A stretch of DNA of 64,000 bases from Octopus vulgaris (lineage: Eukaryota): contig OX597818.1 of the NCBI GenBank assembly GCA_951406725.2, positions 60,636,001-60,700,000 on the forward strand, in the 5' to 3' direction. Below the pieces are notes generated by a model. The model saw only the letters and a program-made list of their open reading frames with translations. It was not told the DNA's origin and made no database searches. The number at the start of each line of letters is the position of its first letter. Within the stretch, counting starts at the first letter, position 1. This document shows, piece after piece, positions 10,510 to 23,789 of the stretch. The translations under genes and the position numbers were made by a program.

Positions 10510-11405
10510 GTTTTTGGTTTTGCTTTTTAGATATTTTTTTCCTGATTTGATATTAACAATAACTGGAATTTAATAGTGATCTACGCGTGGCTGTGTGGTA
10601 AGAACATGGATCTGGGTTCAGTCCCACTGTGTGGCACCTTGATACAGCTTCGGGCCGACCATAGATTTGTGAGAGGATTTAGTAAACGGGAAGTGAAAGA
10701 AGCCGGTCGTATATATTGTACGCGTGTTTTTGGTTTTTGGTTTTGCTTCTTAGATATTTTTTTCCTGATTTGATATTAACAATAACTGGAATTTAACAGT
10801 GATCTACGCGTGGCTGTGTGGTAAGAACATGGATCTGGGTTCAGCCCCATGGTGTGGCACCTTGATACAGCTTCGGGCCGACCAAAGATTTGTGACAGGA
10901 TTTAGTAAACGGGAAGTGAAAGAAGCCGGTCGTATATATTGTACGCGTGTTTTGGTTTTTGGTTTTGCTTCTTAGATATTTTTTTCCTGATTTGATATTA
11001 ACAATAACTGGAATTTAACAGTGATCTACGCGTGGCTGTGTGGTAAGAACATGGATCTGGGTTCAGCCCCATGGTGTGGCACCTTGATACAGCTTCGGGC
11101 CGACCAAAGATTTGTGACAGGATTTAGTAAACGGGAAGTGAAAGAAGCCGGTCGTATATATTGTACGCGGTTTTGGTTTTTGGTTTTGCTTCTTAGATAT
11201 TTTTTTCCTGATTTGATATTAAAAATAACTGGAATTTAACAGTGATCTACGCGTGGCTGTGTGGTAAGAACATGGATCTGGGTTCAGTCCCACTGTGTGG
11301 CACCTTAGACTAGTGTCTTTTGCTACAGCTTCGGGCCGACCAAAGATTTGTGAGAGGATTTAGTAAACGGAAAGTGAAAGAAGCCGGTCGTATATAAGTA
11401 CGCGT
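10510..11405 (+). repeat. Tandem array of four ~222-bp units built from a SINE-A 5' half plus flank
   Basis: GTGATCTACGCG recurs at 10576, 10799, 11021 and 11242. Confidence 0.9.
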
Positions 11406-11997
11406 GTGTTCACGTATGAATATGTATGTGTATGAGCGCGCGCCTATCTTCGTATCTGTTTTTCCTCAGCACCACTTGGCAACCAGTGTAGGTTTGTTTA
11501 TATCCCCATAACTTTTGACAAAAATAACCGACAGTAAGTCCCAGGCTTTCAAAAATAAGCACTGGGATCGATTCGTTCGGCTGGAATTTCTTCAAGTGAT
11601 GCCCCAGTATTGCCGCAGTCTAATGACTGCAACATGTACAAGAAGACAAAAAACGATATGTATGTATATATTTATATGGCCGCGGCCTTCGGGCTAAAAC
11701 ATTTTTAAGGATTTAAGGATTTAAGGATATATAGAATTCAAATCAAAATGAGGATGAAAAAATTGGATATTAATTTAATAACATCAATTTAACACCAGTG
11801 GTTTAGCGCATAAAAAACTGAAATTCAGTAAATATTATTAATACACAAATATGAGAGAGAATTCACTACGTGGACGCCCTTACGGTAAATAGAGATCCGC
11901 ATGAGTCGCAACCACTAAGAATTGTTCTCAAGAAAAATTTAGCACACTATGAACGTAAGCGAGCAGGACAAATGAAAAATAACAAAAATATAGATTA

Positions 11998-12073
11998 ATC
12001 CAATACAATTGTTTCACTGTCAATAAATCATGCAATTTTACTTACACAGTTAATCTGCAGATCATCAGTGAGG
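11998..12073 (-). ncRNA. Type I hammerhead motif with weakened stem I
   Basis: Minus strand CTGATGA-T-CTG...CAG-T-GAA-ACAATTGT-A-TTGGA, followed by an AT-rich tail to about 11730. Confidence 0.6.
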
Positions 12074-12408
12074 TCCGTCATAAAATATAATTTGTCAATT
12101 TATATATGTATGTGTATATATATACATATATATCCACCACGAAGGCGCCACAGGCAACGCTATGCCGACCAGATCTCGATCTGGCCGCCATTGTGGTGCA
12201 TGTCCACCACGAAGGCGCCACATTTAAGTGGTCTTAGAAAATTCACAAAATGTAAATCCAAACAATAAGCAGATGAGATCTCTAGCTTCGTAAGTCTTCT
12301 GCTATGGTTGATTTATGCGTGTAATACAAGATGCAGTAGAATACTTTAAACAGTATTGCTCTGTCAGTGAAAATGTAAAAAATGTAGTCAACTAACCCCG
12401 GTCTCCCC

Positions 12409-12588
<180 letters not shown>

Positions 12589-13033
12589 AACACCACTACT
12601 TTTCTTGTTGTTACTATTATTTTCATTGATTATTTTCGCTAATTATTTTTGCTAATTACTGTTTCCCCAAATTATTACTTTTTTGCCAATTATTATTTTT
12701 GCTAATTATCATTTTTGATTATTATTTGTTAATATTTTTCTTAATGGTGACAATTCTACTAATTTTGCTAAGAACGTGTTTGACTTTTTGGAAAACTCTT
12801 CCTTTTTAGTTTTCGCTGGAAGCTTCTGTCCAAGTCAATGAAATAGGGAAACTATTCTGGAGAGAAAATATCGTTTCCTCGTATTATTCCAGTCTGCAGA
12901 ATGACCAAACGTGTAAACGCGAAACTTAAGTTACGGTGTACGGCTTCTGCCGAATTTCTTTAGCTTGATACACTTGCGTATTCCGAGCCACTTTTGTGTA
13001 AAGCTAAGGCAACTTACTGGAATAAAGGACATA

Positions 13034-13312
13034 GGAGTGGCCTTGTAGTAAGAAGTTTGCTTCCCAACCACATGGTTCTGGGTTCAGTCCTACTGTGTGG
13101 CACCTTAGGCTAGTATATTCTACTATAGCCTCGGTCCAACCAAAGCCTTGCGAGTGGATTTGGTAGACGGAAACTGAAAGAAACCCATCGTATATGTGTG
13201 TGTGTGTGTATGTGTTTGTCCCCACCACCGACAGACAACTGGTGTTGGTGCCTTAACACCCCGTAACTTAGCGGTTCGGCTAAAGTGGCCGATAGAATAA
13301 GTACCAGGCTTT
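13034..13312 (+). mobile_element. SINE family A
   Basis: Same head and body as 27297-27720. Confidence 0.8.
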
Positions 13313-13898
13313 ATAAATGCGCATCTCAATTCATCAGAGGTGATGTGTGATGGCCACAGAATGCTTTTGGTCATAATTTCGTTGGACAACTATAACAAAG
13401 GAACAACAATGAGGAAAAAACAAACCTCCTTTATTTTCAAGATGGAATGTAAAACAAATTTAATGGGTCTGATATTATAAAATATGTAAGAATTTTCAGT
13501 CATATTTCTATGTTTGGAATCTGTGCATATAAGTCCCACAGAATGTGGTCTACATTTCATTCGAAATCTTGTTGACATCATTTAAATAAATAATTAGAAC
13601 ATTGACAAAAACAAACAGTATGCACGCTGCTATAGACTGTCATACAAATACAGATGCAGCAACACTAACTCCATAATTATATTGTTAGTGTACGCATGAA
13701 TATATATGGTGCGTGTGTATGTGCAAAGACGTATGTTACCGTGTAAAATAGTTGCATTGGTTAGTGGAGATAGGTTGTATATATATGTGTGAACAAGTAT
13801 ATATACATATATGTATTTTATATATGTGCGTTTGTGTGTGCCTGCAAGTACTATACAAGTGGATATCTATAAATAATTATCTAAATATAAATTAATGC

Positions 13899-14169
13899 CT
13901 ATATATATATATGTATATATGTACGTATGTATGTATGTATGTATGTATGTATGTATGTATATGTATGTATATGTGTATATATGTATGCATATATATATAT
14001 ATATATGTATGTATATGTAGATATATGTATATGTATATATGTAGATATATGTATATATATATATATATGTATGTATATGTATATATATGTATATGTATAT
14101 ATGTAGATATATGTATATGCATATATGTATATATATATATATGTATGTATATGTATATATATATATATA

Positions 14170-14246
<77 letters not shown>
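13899..14246. repeat. Compound (TA)/(TATG)/(GA) microsatellite
   Basis: Directly visible. Confidence 0.9.
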
Positions 14247-14247
<1 letters not shown>

Positions 14248-15832
14248 AAGAAAATTTTGGAAGAAGAGGTTGAAAGAAAAGGAGATAAGAGAGTGCTGAT
14301 GATCCCGATTGAAGGTGCGCGTGCTTGTGTGTGTGTGTGTGAGAATAGTGAATGTGAATGTGTGTGTGTGTGTGAGTGCGCGTTGTGTGTGAATATGGGC
14401 TAGATGTTCTGACGTATGTGTGTGCGTGTGAAAGTGTGTGGGTCTGTAACGTGTAGCTGCTCACATAGTGGTATGTGTGATGACGCCATTGAAGATTTGC
14501 GTTGGAGTGTGGATGATGGTGTGTGGTGTGGGTGCTGGGAAATGGTCAGTGCTAGTGTGTGTGGAGGGGGTTTGTGTGTGGCGGTGTGGTGGGATGGTGT
14601 GTTGGTTTGGTGTGGTGGTTGAGGTGGTGAGGGTGTATGGAGGTAGTGAGGGTGTATGGAGGTGGTATCAATGAAGAGAGGAAGTAGGTGTCAGTTAAAG
14701 ACAGGAGAGGAGTCAGATGAAGTGAGAAGGGGATTTGAGCCCATGTGGTGCAAAGAAGCGAAGAGAGAATGTTTAATTTCTGCTTACAGCGGAGGCAGGA
14801 GTTCGGATGGCCCTTGTGCAAAGACAGTGTGAATACAGACAGATGTTGTAGTGAATGACCGGTAGAGCGGCAATATGAAAGATAAATAAATATAGATATA
14901 TATACATTATATGTATATATAAATAAGTATGCATATATTAATAAATATCTCTGTTATACATGTGTTTGTTCGTGTTTCTGTGTGTGTATGTGTGTGTGTT
15001 TGTATACAAATGAGTATATATATTGTTCGAGCTACCAGAAATAGCAGGTAAATCTTCATCAAATCACACATTATTTTCTTTAGCAGGCAAAAATATATTC
15101 GATAATATAGCCTTCATTGTGACATATGATTGGTGATATAAACGAAATGGTCATTAGTGGAATGTCTTTGATCATATGACTGGTCTATCATGACTGACGC
15201 AGCACCATCATCAAGGCTAAATGGCAAATACATTATGTAGACATTGTGGCAAAAAGTGTTATATGGTCATATAAGTACAACTCTTTCTCACCGATTTACT
15301 ATGCATTTGCAACAATGATCCACTGCATCTCACGTTATTGCACAACAGGAACAAAAACGAAATTCATGGATAAAAAAAAATAACATTTGTTGATAACAGG
15401 ACAATCTTTACATTTACCAAAAAACATGAGAAGAAATTGAGACTTATTAATAGCCAAACACAATACAAATCTTCAGATGCGCATAGCATACCCTAGCAAC
15501 AATCTAACACCAGACACTATGGCTAAGTTATTTACTGAATGCTGAAAGAAATATGATGTTCAGAGTAAAAGGAATATGGTTACAATGAATCATAAACAGA
15601 CACATCATTTCTCCCATGATTCGTGTCTACAGCAAAAAGAAAACTGCTCCAACAATAATGACAATAGACAGAGTTGTTAGTTGTGGTTACAAACCACTTC
15701 AACCAGAATATAAAACGAGCTGAAACGTCGATATGCCGGGCAATTTTATTATTAATGTTGTTGCTGATGTTGTTGTTATCACTGTTGATGATGTTTTTTT
15801 ACTGTTATTCCTAATGTAAAGGACCGAAAGGA

Positions 15833-15884
<52 letters not shown>

Positions 15885-15895
15885 ATATATATATA

Positions 15896-15941
<46 letters not shown>

Positions 15942-16582
15942 AAAGTCACTATTTAAGGGTCTGCAGCTAGCCATAGATTTTAATAATGTACACACACAAA
16001 TACACACATAAATATATACATGCGTGTATGTTCACATGCATATATCTATCTATATATCTATATATATATATATATATATATATATGCATATTGATATATT
16101 TATATATATATATATATATATTATGCATATATATATGCAAAATATATATGTATATATATATGTGTGTGTATATACACACATATATATATGTATAAAGTGC
16201 ATAAATATATATATGTGTAATATATATATGTATATATATATATGTGTGTGTGTATAAATATACATATATTTATATATTTGTATATTTGTATATATATATA
16301 TATATATTTGTATATATGTATGTGTTTGTGAGTGTGCGTGCGTATAAATATGTAGATACTTAGAAAGATAGATTTTGATTGATTGATTTTGATACTGATA
16401 TTGATGTATGCATATATAAACTGCACCAGCATTTTTCTGCATGTATGTATATATGTATGCATATATCTACCTATATATATTAATATATCTATGTATGTAT
16501 GTATGTACCTGTTCCTCCCTTTTCCTTTCCGTCCCCTCTATACCCCTGTCTTTCTCTTTTTCCTTCGTGAGTGAGTGAGTGA

Positions 16583-16641
<59 letters not shown>

Positions 16642-16930
16642 GTGTACGTATATATATACGAATGTGTTGGCGGACATACATAGGATTTGTGCTTCCATGG
16701 TTTTTATATGCAAATATCTTTTTACATCGCATCCTCTAAAAATCCTTCTATCCGTTTGCATTGCATCCTTGCAGATGTCAATACGAATTATTATCGCAGC
16801 ATAGTATAAAGAGTCAAGTCACTAAAAATATAGGCGCAGGCGTAGCTGAGTGGCGAGAAGTTTCCTTCCTAAGTACGTGGTTCCGGGTTCAATTCCAATG
16901 CGTGACACATTGGCAAGTGTCTTCTGCTAT

Positions 16931-17163
16931 ATATTTCTTTACTGCCAACAAGGGGCTAAATATAGAGGGGATAAACAAGGACAGACAAAGGGATTAAGTC
17001 GATTACATCGACCCCAGTGCGAAACTTGTATTTTATTTATCGACCCCGAAAGGATGAAAAGCAAAATCGACCTCGGCGGAATTTGAACTCAGAACGTAAC
17101 GACAGACGAAATACCACTAAGCATTTCGCCCGGCGCGCTAACGTTTCTGCCAGTTCGCCGCCT
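16931..17163 (-). mobile_element. SINE family B nested inside a SINE family A copy (about 16832-17320)
   Basis: TSD GTGTCTTCTGC(T/A)ATA on both sides splits the family A copy. Confidence 0.85.
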
Positions 17164-17348
17164 TAATGTGTCTTCTGCAATAGCCTTAGGTCGACCAAAG
17201 CCTTGTGAGTGGAGTTCGTACACAGAGACTATAAGAAGCTCGTGGTGTATATAAATATATACATATATATTTTTTTATATCTAGTTTCAGATCACGAGAT
17301 GTGGCCATGCTGGGGCACCGGCACTCGGTGTTACTACATAATTTTACT

Positions 17349-17859
17349 TCATGAATGCTTTTTAGCAATTGCCATTTGGTGCATGAGAGAGTTTGATGCA
17401 GTTGCCCTCATCTGCACCTCATGCCGCGAAGTTGGTTCATCTGGGACACCTGACAGAAAGGGGTCCAGCTTTATTTTGAAGACACCTAGATCCACCTCGT
17501 GCAGGTCTCTCTGGTCCTTTATGAGAATATTGAAGAGCAGTGGACCTCTGAAACCCAGGCTATTGCAGTATCTTGTCCTACATCTTGATGGCAAATTTGG
17601 AGTCCTTGGCACTATGCAGTGGCGCCTAGTTCTAGTATTTGTGTAATTCTCGATCCCAAAGTTTGTGACAAGCCCTTCCAGGATCTTCCAGATGTATATC
17701 ATGGCCTATCCTTTTCGCCTACGCTCTAAGGAATAGAGTCTTAATCTCTTGAGTCTTTCCCAATAGCTTATATGCTGTATAGAGGCTATCTTCTTCGTGT
17801 AGCTCCGTTGATACTGGCTGGTGACCATAGCTGAGAGCAATTATCAAAGTGGCTTAGGG
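17349..17859 (-). mobile_element. CR1-group LINE ORF2 3' fragment
   Basis: DNCSQLWSP...QRSYTKKI...SYWERLKRLRLYSLERRR...IYIWKILEGLV...FKIKLDPFLSGVPDEP motifs; contains a stop codon and a deletion. Confidence 0.8.
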
Positions 17860-18616
17860 CAAGTGTCCTCCAGAGGACCACCATGCCTCGTGATAGACTT
17901 TTGTTGATTCAAAGAGTGTGAAAACCCGAGGAATGTGTGTCAGTGTGTCCGTATGCTTTTGTCTGTATGTGTGCGTATTTACGTGAGTGTCATTGCGTTT
18001 CGTTATCTGACAACCGGTTTCGCTTTCTGTATGCCCCCGTAACTTAGCGGTTCTAAGAAAAAGACCAATAGATTAAGTACCATACTTGAAAATAAATACC
18101 GAAATTTATCTGTGAGCTAGAACATTGAATCTTAGCGCACATCCACAACAGAGGTTATGGTTAATCCGCACCAAGTAACTGACCCTGTGTGGACGCATTC
18201 CAATGACTGAAACAAGTAAGAGATCAAAAATGTGTTTGCTGATATATGTGTATAAACGGGGTTAATAAGAATAATTTCGATTCTTTCAGTCATTAATCTA
18301 TTTCTAATATATATAAAAAATATTAAATATTCAAGTGAAAACTATTAAGAGAAACTTATAAAAACGATCTAAGCGACCATTAAATATTTAAATGCTTCAT
18401 TTAAGTTCTTTCTAATCTCATTTTTCGTTTTTTTTTGCAGAGTGGTCTAAATTTTTAACATTGCTATAGAATTTGCGATATTCTTAAATCATTTTTTATT
18501 TTTTCAAGTGTTCCTGTTTGTTTGGTTGTGTGTACGTGAGAATATGTTTGTGTGAAAGAGGAAGAGAGAGGAGGGATGCACGCGTGTGTGTGTGTGTGTG
18601 TGTGTGTCTTTGTGTA

Positions 18617-18668
<52 letters not shown>

Positions 18669-19684
18669 AGAGAGAAAGAGTTATTGTTAATGGTTTTTGT
18701 ATAATCGAAACCCAAGAAGATCCATAAAATGCTTCCTTTTTGAAATCCTTGCATCAAATAAAATTGTCGAAGCACTTGTATGAACCGATAGATTTTCAAT
18801 GTGTAGCCTTCTAATTGCTTCCCTGGCTACAAGCATTCTGCTGTCTCCAACTGGAGATCGTTTGTCTCAGTAGTAGCCATGAAAACGGCTTGCTTCTTCA
18901 AACTGTTTAATCAACATTATATTCTACTTTATACTGGGAGAATGCATTACACTTAATTGTGACATTATCACTGTTACAGCAATGTAATACAGCACACTTG
19001 AAATCGGGATTTAAATCCATATTCACTTCTAAAATTAAAAAAAAAACGATTCACCGAAATCGCGCAAGATTTTGGTAATGGTTTCATAACACCGTAGGTA
19101 GGTCCGTATAAAAAAGATGCGGTGAAATTTTCATAAATAAATGTGTGTGTGTGTGTATTTGTGTGTGTGGGGATAATAAATGAAATGCAGTTTATTTGAA
19201 CCTGAATGTATAATTTGTAACAATTATTTTTGCACCACTCTGTAACGCCGTTGTACGCAAAAAGCGCCTTCCGGAAAGGTACGGAATATTTGCGGTTTCA
19301 AACAATGCAGTAGATTCGTTGTGGTTGGGCACCTATGGCAGGACTTCAAACAACCTTATCGACTGGTCGCTCCCGAGCACTACTGATAACATTTAACCAA
19401 GCGTAACCTGTCTTTTGTCCGGGTCGTCGGCGACTAAGCCACTAACTATCTCAGCAAGCTTGTTTGGTTAATTTTCTGATTTACTCGACGTCCTGTTGGA
19501 CAAAAAGACAAACCCAATACTTTAATTGTTCCACGTCCTCGCGTTGCTGTTTTTTTTCTGTGTTTTCTTGTTTGGATTAACTATATATATATATGGTTGC
19601 AGCCATTATTCACAACTGCAAGGATGAGGTGGGGGTTCTTAAAAGTCGAGAAATCACGAGAGATCAACTGGTGGGGGTTGGGGC

Positions 19685-20510
19685 GTGGAAGCATTAGTCC
19701 ATATAACCCTGCCAGACCTGCATAACATAGATGAAAAATTGATGCTCCCCGACGAAACCCGACTAAGATTGGTGGTGGAGGGGAGACCCCCAATGTGTTA
19801 CAAATGTAAAAGTAAGGTACATGTGCAAGCAAAGTGTCCTCTAAGAGAATTACTGGTTGAAGAGATAGAGGTTTGCCACGACGCAGAGAGAGAGGAAGAA
19901 AACGGAAAAAAGAATGAAAGAGAGGAAGGAAAAAGGAAACCACCAATATGTTGCAAATGTAAATGTAGGGGACATATGCAAACGGAGTGTCCCCTAAAAG
20001 AATCACTGGCTGAAGAGATAGAGGTGTGCAACGACGCAGAGAGAGAGAGGAAGAAGGGAAAAAGGGTGAAAAAGAGGAAGGAAAAAAAGAAGAATTAACT
20101 GTAGATAGAAAGAGAACGCGTGTGGAATCACCACCAAAAAGTCCGAAGAAAAAAAAGAAAGGTAAAAAGAAAATAACGGAGGAAATGGAAACGACCGAAC
20201 ATCGAACCCGAGAATCGGAGCAAACAGTGACTAGTGTAGATGCAGAGGAAATGGAGGACAGAAGAGAGCAGTGGAAGGACAGACTGACAATGCAACTTGA
20301 ATATGTAGAACGAGAAGGGAGAGCAAAAGGAGAGAATTTAAGATTGTTGGTGTTTTACATGAAGGAGGTGGAATTAGAAAAGAGGTTGGCAAAAATGAAG
20401 AGATTAATACGAGTGAAATTGGATCCGAACATGTTTCATAGTGATCAGAAAGCTGTGTTATAGGACAAAGACCGAATGGAAAGAATGGAATTGTTTCCTA
20501 GAAGTATAAT
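19685..20510 (+). mobile_element. LINE ORF1 (gag-like CCHC zinc knuckle, Tx1/L1-type) fragment
   Basis: VVEGRPPMCYKCKSKVHVQAKCP plus a 153-bp duplicate PPICCKCKCRGHMQTECP, followed by a frameshifted basic/acidic tail. Confidence 0.6.
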
Positions 20511-20519
20511 GGGATCAGG

Positions 20520-21056
20520 GGTACTACTAGCGAACAGTGGTCCCGGTGCGTGCATTCGCGCACTCGCGCATCCGCGCTACCTAGTCGTAAGTAGTCAATC
20601 CTGCAACGACTTTTTAACCCTAACCCTAAACCTAATTGTTTAACTCTAAACCTAATTGTTTTACCCTAAACCTACTTTTTTAACCCTAAACCTAAACCTA
20701 ATTGTTTAACCCTAAACCTAATTGTTTAACCCTATTCCTAACCCTAAACCTAATTGTTTAACCCTATTCCTAACCCTAAACCTAATTGTTTAACCCTAAC
20801 CCTAAACCTAATTTTTTAACCCTAACCCTAAACCTAATTTTTTAACCCTAAACCTAAACCCTAACCCTAACCTTAGTTTGTTTATAAAAATTTACTTAGT
20901 TTTAAAAATTATTTACTTTGCGTTTTATTTACTTTGTTCGAAAAATATTATTTAATTTTCTTTGATATGTATTCAGCCTTGAAATACAAACATACGCGCA
21001 AGTCGTTGTAGGATGTGCGAGTGCGCGCACCGGGACGACTGTTCGCTAGTAAAACC
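20520..21056. mobile_element. Mutator-like fold-back MITE with internal (TAACCC/TAAACC)-type repeats
   Basis: TIR GGTACTACTAGCGAACA.TGGTCCCGGTGCG with inverted copy at the right end; same family as 24036-24384 in opposite orientation. Confidence 0.7.
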
Positions 21057-21089
21057 GGTAGTGTCTGTCTCATTAAGAATATGAAATTT

Positions 21090-21132
21090 CTATCATATTA
21101 TCGGACACGTCTCCGAAACGGCCCGTCGATGG
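21090..21132 (+). ncRNA. Degenerate hammerhead-like motif (core destroyed)
   Basis: CTATC/GATGG stem I, GGA/TCC stem II, GAA-ACGGCCCGT-C present, but CUGANGA is replaced by ATATTAT. Confidence 0.3.
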
Positions 21133-21704
21133 AACATTATGTTTGCGTATTAGTCTGTCATGTTAATGTTGTGTAATTTCAAATTTTCCACCGGACTCAG
21201 AGTAGTAACTTGTGAATCTTTATTACCTTCTAACTTACAGTGTGAATTAATAATTATTGTGTGAATTATTAATTCAATAAGTCTTATATTATGTTGATGT
21301 TTTATATTTTACCTGTGTATTTTTAAATACCTACGAGTTTTATCTTATATCGATGTTTTATATCTATTTTTATCTCATGTATTTATGTATTTATAATGCC
21401 AACACATTTTTTAAATATTTTTAAACATTTGCGTATTTTTAAATATTAAATATTTATAAGTTCATATACTTGTGTGTTTTAGTGCTGTATCATCTGGAAC
21501 TTTATATTGATTTATTAATGTCCAATGAAAGTGTACACATATATATTGAATATTCTATTGGATAATAGGTCATGTTCCTTTAGTTTTCCGCTGGTATTGC
21601 CCCCATTAAAATCATAAATTGGAAATTAGCTCAATTGGACCACTTTATTTCTAGCCGCTTTCTGGGTATTGTTAAAGTTAACAATTTCTACTTAAAATTG
21701 TATA

Positions 21705-21743
<39 letters not shown>

Positions 21744-21752
<9 letters not shown>

Positions 21753-22789
21753 TTCGAGACAAAACCACTATTTTAAAACCAAACAAGGAAAGACTTAATC
21801 AATACATAAAATTTTAATATAAATTAAATAAACCGCCACTACAATTGTTTCATGACTGCTACCGACAATCTTCAGGTGGATTTTCGATCTAAAAATATCA
21901 ATATTTTAAAATATAATTTAAAATAATTTAAAATAATAAAATATTAAAATTATCAATGAAAGAATATAAAAATAAAAATATATAATCTATATATAATCTA
22001 TATATAATCTATATATAATCAATATATAATCTAAAATAATCTAAAATAAACCCTATAAACAATTGAATATAAAAACCTATTATAAAAGTTCTCATATTTA
22101 AAAATGTACAAAAACCAAAAAACAACAAGCAAAAAACAAAAACCAAAAACAAAAAACAAAAAAAAAAAAAAACAAAAATAAACTATATATACACATACAT
22201 GCTCATACACTCAACACATTACTTATTCATACTTCCCCACACACACATACAACACTCATTCATAAACAATATACATATACCCGCTCACACATACATATAC
22301 ATACACATACATACAGAACACGATATATACCAATATATAAACACCCACACCCATACAGATAAATAAATTACGCAAACAATCACACACACACACACACACA
22401 CTCATTCACACATACATAAACACTCAAAAGAAAACCGAACAATTCTTTGCACGTGGATATCAAACGTTTTTAAAAAAATTATGAATGGAAATGAAATCCA
22501 TACATACAAGTATAAATATAACTATACAACCCCTAACACAATACACACAAATACACACACATATATACTCACACCCACAAACATAACCATATACACACTC
22601 ACACATACATATACATACGTACAAATCTCGATACAAACAAACTTCAATAAAACGACCATGATAAACGAAAACTCATATAAAATAGTGGTTTTGTCTCGAA
22701 TTATATTATATAATATTTTACTATAAAATTGGATTTAACTCTAAATCTGATTTTTCCCTGTAATTTTGGATTCATTCCCTAATATTTAT

Positions 22790-22795
<6 letters not shown>
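21744..22795. mobile_element. PLE-type element with inverted terminal segment, (TA)n-flanked
   Basis: ATATAATTCGAGACAAAACCACTATTTT (about 21747-21774) is inverted at about 22679-22706; carries the HHR at 21836-21879. Confidence 0.6.
21836..21879 (-). ncRNA. Type I hammerhead ribozyme
   Basis: Minus strand CCAC-CTGAAGA-T-TGTCGGTAGCAGTCA-T-GAA-ACAATTGT-A-GTGG; perfect stem I, imperfect stem II. Confidence 0.75.
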
Positions 22796-22876
<81 letters not shown>

Positions 22877-23084
22877 CTTATATACTAAAATTGTATACTT
22901 ATATATATATATATATATATATAGTCGGCATGATAGATCGTTAGCCACTACACACATTTTTGTCTCTCCTTTTTCTCTCCTTGTTTTTTTCTGTGTCCCT
23001 TTCTATTTCTGAGCGTTATACTAATACATCTGTTTGTTTTGTACACCACCTGTCTTCGTCTTTTGCCTTTTTTTCGTATACTCT

Positions 23085-23134
<50 letters not shown>

Positions 23135-23137
<3 letters not shown>

Positions 23138-23487
23138 AAGCACTCCGTCGGTTACGACGACGAGGGTTCCGGAATAGCCTGCTCGTGAAATTAACGTGTA
23201 AGTGGCTGAGCACTCCACAGACACGTGCACTCTTAACGTAGTTCTCGGGGATATTCAGCGTGACACAGAGAGTGACAAGGCCGGCCCTTTGAAATACAGG
23301 TACAACAGAAACAGGAAGTAAGAGTGAAAGAGTACAGCAGGGATCACCACCATCCCCTGCCGGAGCCTCGTGGAGCTTTTAGGTGTTTTCGCTCAATAAA
23401 CACTCACAACGCCCGGTCTGGGAATCGAAACCGCGATCCTATGACCGCGAGTCCGCTGCCCTAACCACTGGGCCATTGCGCCTCCAC
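23135..23487 (-). mobile_element. tRNA(Arg)-like SINE family C (octopus OR-type)
   Basis: Head GGAGGCGCAATGGCCCAGTGGTTAGGGCAGCGGACTCGCGGTC...GGTTTCGATTCCC with A and B boxes; about 10 copies in the window. Confidence 0.85.
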
Positions 23488-23488
23488 A

Positions 23489-23641
<153 letters not shown>

Positions 23642-23789
23642 ATACTCGCACGCACGCACACACACAGACTACAGGTGTGCGTGCGCGCGGACATGTGTAA
23701 CTTTTGTTTGAGTTTAAAGTTTGTTTCGTGAATCGATTTCCACAGCATTACACCTGTAGACCGCAGAGACGTGAATAAAGTTATTAGAC

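Noticed and set aside
20612-20875. Telomere or chromosome-fusion site
   Set aside because: The repeats are degenerate and enclosed by MITE TIRs that also occur at 24036-24384.
23405-23487. tRNA-like sequences (also at 30262, 36900, 52156, 59767)
   Set aside because: They have A and B boxes but no complete acceptor stem and run directly into repeat bodies, so they are SINE heads rather than tRNA genes.
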